Below, in pieces: positions 58,801 through 64,000 of a stretch of 64,000 bases of DNA. Within the stretch, counting starts at the first letter, position 1. Each line of letters starts with the position of its first letter. Location: assembly GCA_963715985.1 (NCBI GenBank), contig CAVQSP010000014.1, positions 576,001-640,000 on the forward strand, in the 5' to 3' direction. The notes beneath the pieces are model-generated. The model was not told where the DNA came from. It saw nothing but the letters and a program-made list of their open reading frames with translations, and ran no database searches. The stretch is from an uncultured Thermoleophilia bacterium. Lineage in GTDB: Bacteria > Actinomycetota > Thermoleophilia > UBA2241. The translations under genes and the position numbers were made by a program.

Positions 58801-59699
58801 GCGAGGCCGGGCCGGCCCGGCTCGACGCCGTCACACAGGCCGCGGTCGCGGCGCCGCTGCGGCAGTCTGCGTCGCCACCAGCGACGCCGACCGGGGGCAT
58901 GGAGGAGATGGGGCGGGAGGCCGCCGCCCTGGTTGTCGGCCGGGTCGCAGGCTCGGCCGGCGCGCTGGGACGCATGACGGCGGAGCAGCGCGCCGCCGCC
59001 GTCCGGCGCGCCGCACGGCTGGTGCGATCGAACGGCCGGGAGCTGCAGTCCGCGATGCTAGCCGAGGGGTCCTGCGCGGGCCCCGACGAGCTGCAGGACG
59101 CCGCTCGAGAGGTGGCCGAGGCGGCGGACGACCTCGACCTCATCGCGAAACTCAGCGGCGAGGTCGACCGCGTCCGCCGGATGGGCCACCAGCCGGGGGA
59201 GCTCAATCACTACTTCTATGAGCCGAGAGGACTGGTGCTGGCGCTGACCTCGTCTCGGCGCCCGCTCACGAGCGCCTGCGTTGCCGCCGGAGCGGCGCTG
59301 GCCGCCGGCGACCCCGTCGTGCTCAAGCCGGGGAGCCGCGCACGTTCCAGCACCCTCCTGATCGCTCGCCACCTTGTTGCCGCGGGCTTCCCTGCCGACG
59401 CCGTGGGGTTCGTCGCCGCGAGCGGCGACGCGCTAGGGGAGGAGCTGATCGCTCATCCCGACGTGAGTGTGGTGGCCTTCAGCGGTACGCGTCCGGTGGC
59501 GCTGCGAGTGGCGGCCGCAGTCGGGCGCCGGGGGGTGGGGGAGCGGGTCAAACGGCTCGTCGCCGATCTCGACCCCTCGCAGCCACGTCGCCCCTCGGCC
59601 GCCTACCTCGTGGAGTTCCTCGAGCCCCGCGTGGTCACGGAGAACACGTTGCGGCGCGGCTTCGCGCCGTCAGAAGACCTGGTCGAAGTGGCCCGGTGA
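55803..59699 (+). CDS. putA: Bifunctional proline dehydrogenase/GSA dehydrogenase PutA with an extra C-terminal ALDH-like domain
   Basis: LFRFIDVFP, DVLGE, VQAYL, RLVKGAYWD, FASHN, YFVRRLLEN; ALDH PWNFP, FTGS, EMGGKN, QGQKCSA, EEIFGP; ends VVTENTLRRGFAP. Confidence 0.93.
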   Translation: MSTLSPRRHSDPGTRTAGRDDVEAAIRAKAHELFTLVGRHRSSPLTGERWQSEMMAWATADERLKIELFRFIDVFPTLRTGADIQRHLREYLDQPGLATPRLLRAGLAASRERHVAPLAAALIRRQMLSFARRFIVGRDAEDALPALRALRRRGMGFTLDVLGEASVGELEVAAYQERYLQLLEGLRHEAESWPFDPILDRAAWGPVPRVNVSIKITSLYSQIDPLAFRRSVDAVKDRLRPVLRRAAATGAFVNLDLEQFRYRDLTFAVFKELLDEDEFAHYDEAGVVVQAYLRDAEADIRALIEWARERGRVVTVRLVKGAYWDYETVQAAQEGWPAPVFTHKPDSDVTYERITRLMLEHPAQIRPAFASHNVRSLACAIATAESLGLASDAFELQLLHGMGEPIKAALRAMGLRVREYAPVGELIPGMAYFVRRLLENTANESFLRLTFAEGEDRERLERAPRPSPDVDRPPQRLPAGAPTHVAYPGAFTNQPHADFSREENRTAFAEALARVSAGTAAAGVGHHWPLWIDGEAVETVDTLTSVEPARPQRVVGTAAYAGPLEAEGAVAAARAAFTSWSVTPPAGRAEVLFRAAELMRRELFELAALEVFEAGKTWREADADVGEAVDFLEYYGREILRLEAEGRLAAGDDRGDGLLRPLGVALVVAPWNFPLAILTGMASAALVTGNTVIVKPAGPTPVIGAQLARILHAAGAPPGTFNYLPSPGATVGDLLVRHPGVDIIVFTGSKDVGLHIIEEAACHPTSRGLKRVIAEMGGKNALIVDADADLDVAVQESVVSAFHFQGQKCSAASRIIVLESAYDEFLARFVDAARSVTVGPPDDPSSRMGPIISDEARKTIEAYIEQGLREGRPALVTRPPAGGWPDGGFYVGPHVFADVAPTAVIAQEEIFGPVVAVIKVRDIDEALAVANGTEYALTGGLISRSPATIARVRREFKVGNLYINRGTTGALVERQAFGGFKMSGIGSKAGGPDYLVQFLSEAGPARLDAVTQAAVAAPLRQSASPPATPTGGMEEMGREAAALVVGRVAGSAGALGRMTAEQRAAAVRRAARLVRSNGRELQSAMLAEGSCAGPDELQDAAREVAEAADDLDLIAKLSGEVDRVRRMGHQPGELNHYFYEPRGLVLALTSSRRPLTSACVAAGAALAAGDPVVLKPGSRARSSTLLIARHLVAAGFPADAVGFVAASGDALGEELIAHPDVSVVAFSGTRPVALRVAAAVGRRGVGERVKRLVADLDPSQPRRPSAAYLVEFLEPRVVTENTLRRGFAPSEDLVEVAR

Positions 59700-59797
59700 C
59701 TCGTCGTCCACACCCGGGCCGCGCTCCCGTCACGGCTTCGGGGCTGAGGCGTTGTCCGTGGGTCACGATGCTGGAAGACTGAGCGTTCGCGAGCCCC

Positions 59798-61124
59798 ATG
59801 GACGACACTGACCTCACATCATCGTCCGACCTCACCGGCGACCTCCTGGCCGCACGGCCCCTTCGCGAGCTCGCCGCGGGGGACGTGCGCTTTCGCGCGA
59901 TCGTCGGCGTGTCCTTCGACGCCTACTACGATTGGGACGTCGGCAGCGGCGACAACTACTTCTCGGAGCACCTCGACGACATGCTCGGTCAGCCCTCGGG
60001 GTCGGCGCGTCGCTGGTTCTATGCCTGGGTCGACCTCGTGCATCCGGACGACAGGGCCCGCGTCCTGCGCTCTCTCGCGGACGCGTTCCGGCACTCGCCG
60101 ACGTGGAAGGAGGACTACCGGCTGCGCCGCGCCGACGGCACCTACGTCCGCGTCCGGGATACCGGTGTCGTGGTACGTGACCGCGAGGGCCGTCCCGCAC
60201 GCATGCTGGGCACCATCCGCGACGTCACGGCCGAGTCCGCCGCCGCACAGGCGCTCGAGCAGGCGGCGGAGTTGCACCGCACCCTGTTCCGCGGCGCGGC
60301 CAATCCCGCGGTCCGCGTCGATCGCGAGGGCCGCTACCTTGACGCCAACGAGGCGGCCCTCGCCTTCTGGGAGCCGCAGCGCCGACGACATGCGGGCGCA
60401 CCTCTTCTGGAACGACTTCCCGCCCGAGCTCCAGGAGCTCGTCGCACGCGCCTTCTCGTCGGAGGCCCGCGTCGAAGCGGAGGTCGTGCTGGACGTGTAC
60501 GGCTCGCGGCGCACCCTGATCGTCACGGTGGTCCCCTGCCGCATCGGCGGGCAGGACTCCTTCTTCTGCCTGTGCACCGACATCACGTCCCACAAGCTCC
60601 TGGAAGATGAGCTGCACGACACGAACACGGCTCTTCGCGTCGTGCTGAGACAGGCCGGCGAGGACACGCTCGAGCTCGAACGCCGCGTCGTGGCGAATCT
60701 GGAGCTCCTCGTGCTGCCCACCCTGGACCGGCTGGAGCGGCAGCTGCGCGCCACGCCGGAGGCCGAGTTCGTGGACGTGCTTCGGCAGAACCTGGCGGAG
60801 ATCCTGCGCCCGTTCGCGACGCGCCTCGCAGCGCCGGAGGACGGCGCCTCGGCGCTCACCCGCCGTGAGCTCGAGGTGGCCGGCTACGTGCGCACCGGCA
60901 AGACCACCGACCAGATCGCCGCGATCATGCGCCTCTCACGCTCGGCCGTGGAGTTCCACCGCGGCAACATCCGCCGCAAGCTGGGGCTCAAGCGCGGCGA
61001 TCCGCACCTCGGCGCCGCGCTCTCCACGCTGCTCACGGGTGACGGGACGACCGTGTCGCAGCCACCCCGGACCCGATCGGACGAAGGCGAGAAGAGCTCG
61101 ACGATCGGCTCGCGCCCCTCCTGA
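59798..61124 (+). CDS. PAS-PAS-LuxR transcriptional regulator (frameshift near 60371)
   Basis: PAS_3 WVDLVHPDDR...YRLRRADG...GTIRDVT; second PAS ending TDIT; LuxR LTRRELEV...GKTTDQIA...VEFHRGNIRRKLG. Confidence 0.88.
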
Positions 61125-61141
61125 GAGGGGCACACTGCTCC

Positions 61142-61255
61142 TTGCCCGCGCAGGGCGCCGCCTGCTACCATGAGTCGGTCCTTTAACCACGTCCTGAGAG
61201 ACGGAAAGGGGGTGCAGCGCTGCCGTACACCAACAGGGCCGGTGGCGCCTTTTTC
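61142..61255 (+). promoter_or_regulatory. pyr promoter, PyrR-binding RNA element and attenuator
   Basis: TTGCCC-N18-TACCAT with TG extension; CCTTTAA...GTCCTGAGAGAC..AAAGG resembles the PyrR binding loop; GCGCTGCCG/CGGTGGCGC stem plus TTTTT just before the pyrR ATG. Confidence 0.8.
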
Positions 61256-61840
61256 ATGCCTGAACCCAGACCATCCACCGAGGTCGTCGTCCTGACGGCC
61301 GAGCAGATGTCGCGCACCATCACGCGCATCGCTCACGAGATCTTCGAGAAGAACCCCGGGGAGGGCAACCTCGCCGTCGTGGGCATCCACACACGCGGTG
61401 CCTTTCTCGGCGCCCGTATCCACAGGCTCCTCTGCGAGGTGGGCGGCAAGCCGTACGCCGCCGGCAATCTCGACATCTCCTTCTACCGCGACGACGTGGC
61501 CGCGCGCGGCGCCGTGGGGGTCGTGCCCTCCACGCCGCAGCCGGTGGTCAAGGACACGGACCTGCCGTTCGCCATCGACGGGGCGCGCATCGTGCTCGTG
61601 GACGACGTCCTCTATACGGGCCGCACCATCCGTGCCGCCATCGACGCGCTGTTCGACTACGGGCGCCCTTCGTCGGTGCAGCTCGCCGTCCTCGTGGACC
61701 GCGGCCACCGCGAGCTGCCGATCCGGCCTGACTACGTCGGCAAGAACCTGCCCACGGCGCCGCGCGAGCGCATCAGCGTGCGTGTGGCCGAGTGCGACGG
61801 CGTCGACGAGGTCGTGCTCGTCCGCGCCAAGGAGGCGTGA
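61256..61840 (+). CDS. pyrR: PyrR attenuation protein / uracil phosphoribosyltransferase
   Basis: RIAHEI, GIHTRG, LDISFYRDD, VLVDDVLYTGRT, DRGHRELPIRPDYVGKN. Confidence 0.96.
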   Translation: MPEPRPSTEVVVLTAEQMSRTITRIAHEIFEKNPGEGNLAVVGIHTRGAFLGARIHRLLCEVGGKPYAAGNLDISFYRDDVAARGAVGVVPSTPQPVVKDTDLPFAIDGARIVLVDDVLYTGRTIRAAIDALFDYGRPSSVQLAVLVDRGHRELPIRPDYVGKNLPTAPRERISVRVAECDGVDEVVLVRAKEA

Positions 61841-61842
61841 CC

Positions 61843-62784
61843 ATGCCCAAGCGGGACCTCATCAGCATCGAGGATCTCACGCGCGCCGACGTCGAACTGC
61901 TGCTCGACACGGCCGAGAGCTTCCTGCCGGTGCTGGAGCGGGACATCAAGAAGGTACCGACCCTGCGCGGGCGCACCATCATCAATCTCTTCTGGGAGGC
62001 CTCGACGCGCACCTCGTCGAGCTTCGACCTGGCGGCCAAGCGTCTGTCCGCCGACACCCTGGCTCTCAAGGCCAGCGGCTCGGCCGTGGAGAAGGGCGAG
62101 ACGCTCAAGGACACGGCGATCACGCTGAGCGCCTACTCGCCCGACATCATCGTCATGCGGCACCCCTCGGCCGGCGCCTGCCAGACGCTCTCGGCCAACA
62201 CCGAGGCCAGCGTCATCAACGCCGGCGACGGCAAGCACCAGCACCCTACGCAGTGCCTGCTGGACCTGTTCAGCATGCGCCAGAACCTCGGCCGCGACCT
62301 CGAGGGCCTCAAGGTCTTCATCATCGGCGACATCCTGCACAGCCGCGTGGCCCGCAGCGACATCATGGGCTTCCAGATGCTGGGGATGGACGTGACCCTG
62401 GTGGCGCCGCCCACGCTCATGCCGCGGGGCATCGAGGAGATGGGCGTCACCGTGGAGTACGACCTGGCCAACCTCAAGGACGCGGACGTCATCTACCTGC
62501 TGCGCATCCAGCGCGAGCGCATCAAGGCGGGCGCCAACTACCTGCCCTCGCTGCGCGAGTACAGCCGCCTGTGGGGCATCTCGCAGGCGCGCCTGCGGCC
62601 GGGGCAGAGGGTCATGCACCCCGGCCCCATCAACCGCGGCGTGGAGATCGCCAGCGACATCGCCGACGACGACGAGAACCTCATCGCCCATCAGGTGTTC
62701 AGCGGCCTCGCCGTGCGCATGGCCATCCTCTACCGCACCATCGTCGGCTACAGCGACGGGGCGGCGAGCGGGGAGGTGCTCTGA
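61843..62784 (+). CDS. pyrB: Aspartate carbamoyltransferase catalytic subunit
   Basis: EASTRT, KGETL, MRH, INAGDG, HPTQ, HSRVARS, LRIQRER, MHPGP. Confidence 0.96.
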   Translation: MPKRDLISIEDLTRADVELLLDTAESFLPVLERDIKKVPTLRGRTIINLFWEASTRTSSSFDLAAKRLSADTLALKASGSAVEKGETLKDTAITLSAYSPDIIVMRHPSAGACQTLSANTEASVINAGDGKHQHPTQCLLDLFSMRQNLGRDLEGLKVFIIGDILHSRVARSDIMGFQMLGMDVTLVAPPTLMPRGIEEMGVTVEYDLANLKDADVIYLLRIQRERIKAGANYLPSLREYSRLWGISQARLRPGQRVMHPGPINRGVEIASDIADDDENLIAHQVFSGLAVRMAILYRTIVGYSDGAASGEVL

Positions 62785-64000
62785 TGGAGCGCACCTGGTG
62801 TAAGCCGCTGCCCGCGGCGGAGCTGCTCATCAAGGGCGGCCGCGTCGTGGACCCCGCGTCCGCAGTGGACGGGGTCCAGGACGTCCTCGTCGCCAAGGGC
62901 AAGGTGACCGGCGTCGGCAAAGGCCTCGAGCCGGGCAAGAACACGCGGGTCGTGGACGCCGCCGGCATGCTGGTGCTGCCCGGCTTCGTGGATCTGCACA
63001 CGCACTTCCGCACGCCGGGGCGCGAGGACGAAGAAGACCTGGCAACCGGGTCGGCCGCCGCGGCCGCCGGCGGCTACGTGGCCGCCTTCGGCATGGCCAA
63101 CACGGACCCGGTGACCGATTCGGCGCCGCTGCTGCGCGGCCTCGCCGAGCGGGCCCGCGCCGACGCAGTCGTCCCGCTCGGCTTCTTCGCCGCCGTCACT
63201 CGTGAGCTCGCCGGCGAACAGCTCACCGAGATGGGCGAGCTGGGCGCGACCGGAGCCGTCGGCTTCAGCGACGACGGGCGCCCGCTGGGCACGGCGGCAC
63301 TCACGCGCCGCGCCCTGCAGTACGTCAAGGTCAGCGGCCGCTTCGTGGCCATCCACGCCCAGGACGACTCGCTCTTCAAGGGCGGGCAGATGCACGAGGG
63401 TCCGGCCTCAGCCCGCCTCGGCCTCACCGGCATCCCGTCCCTCTGCGAGAGCCTCGACGTGTCGCGCTCGCTCGACATCGCAGCCTACGAGGATGCGCGC
63501 CTGCACGTGTGTCACGTGAGCACTGCCGCCTCGCTGGAGGCGCTGGCACGCGCCAAGGAGGCCGGGGTGCAGGTCACGGCCGAGGTCACCCCACACCACC
63601 TCGCTCTCACGGACGAGGCCGTGGCCGCGCTCGACCCCAACCTCAAGATGAACCCCCCGCTGCGTGCCGAGAGCGACCGACAGGCGCTCGTCGAGGCGCT
63701 CAGGAGCGGCCTCGTCGACTGCGTGGCCACCGACCACGCGCCGCACGCGTCCGAAGAGAAGGACGTGCCGTTCGAGGAGGCGCCCTTCGGGTGCATCGGC
63801 CTGGAGACGGCCTTCAGCGTGCTCTACGCGCAACTGGTGGAGGCCGGGGAGCTGGATCTGGCCACGCTGGTGACGCGCATGAGCACGGCGCCCGCGGTCA
63901 TCGCCGGGCTGGCGCCGCCCGCCATCGCGGCCGGTGCGGTGGCGGACCTCTGCGTCATCGACCCCGCGGCCGTGTGGACGGTCACGGCAGAGGCGCTGCA
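62784..64000 (+). CDS. pyrC: Dihydroorotase (3' end outside the window)
   Basis: PGFVDLHTHFRTPG, MANT, FSDDG, CHVS, EVTPHH, KMNPPLR, ATDHAPH. Confidence 0.94.
   Translation, partial: MERTWCKPLPAAELLIKGGRVVDPASAVDGVQDVLVAKGKVTGVGKGLEPGKNTRVVDAAGMLVLPGFVDLHTHFRTPGREDEEDLATGSAAAAAGGYVAAFGMANTDPVTDSAPLLRGLAERARADAVVPLGFFAAVTRELAGEQLTEMGELGATGAVGFSDDGRPLGTAALTRRALQYVKVSGRFVAIHAQDDSLFKGGQMHEGPASARLGLTGIPSLCESLDVSRSLDIAAYEDARLHVCHVSTAASLEALARAKEAGVQVTAEVTPHHLALTDEAVAALDPNLKMNPPLRAESDRQALVEALRSGLVDCVATDHAPHASEEKDVPFEEAPFGCIGLETAFSVLYAQLVEAGELDLATLVTRMSTAPAVIAGLAPPAIAAGAVADLCVIDPAAVWTVTAEAL

Noticed and set aside
23477-61131. Possible att or target-site repeats at the island ends (GCCCCTC...CTGAG...GGGGC)
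   Set aside because: Short, gapped and GC-rich. The right copy is just a small hairpin, and no recombinase is present.
1-64000. CRISPR arrays, tRNA/rRNA genes, prophage, IS elements, defence systems
   Set aside because: No repeat-spacer periodicity, cloverleaf or diagnostic protein motifs were found by eye.

Overview
High-GC bacterial DNA. The gene set and order (rpmB-asp23-fakA-degV-recG; pgeF-yggS-sepF-proC-divIVA-yggU-lspA-rluD; pyrR-pyrB-pyrC with a PyrR attenuator) suggest an anaerobic, deep-branching actinomycete such as Thermoleophilia; this is an inference. Many genes, including housekeeping ones, are split by single-base indels, most likely long-read assembly errors. There are four blocks. 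(1) 1-8.9 kb: a Liv-type ABC transporter, two convergent corrinoid protein + UroD/MtaA-family methyltransferase modules, and two paralogous MerR-TetR double-HTH regulators. (2) 9-23.5 kb: housekeeping genes. (3) 23.5-61.1 kb: a ~37.6 kb single-strand catabolic island between rluD and pyrR. It encodes an ADP-forming acyl-CoA synthetase, GntR, two ABC importers, hydantoinase/oxoprolinase A/B, a degenerate opine dehydrogenase, a dipeptidase, a corrinoid protein, pyrrolysine-free MtmB and MttB methyltransferases, a ThDP enzyme, a Cys/Thr proline-racemase-family enzyme, a beta-keto acid cleavage enzyme, aminotransferases, PanB, an extended PutA and a PAS-LuxR regulator. Four sigma70 promoters in the island carry a shared heptamer, phased at 11 bp in three of them. 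(4) 61.1-64 kb: the pyr operon. The best candidate for an undescribed system is a GntR-controlled, B12-dependent pathway that demethylates and degrades N-methylated or cyclic amino acids using both a non-Pyl MtmB and a non-Pyl MttB. No CRISPR, tRNA, rRNA, integrase or transposase was seen. All calls were made by eye without database searches.
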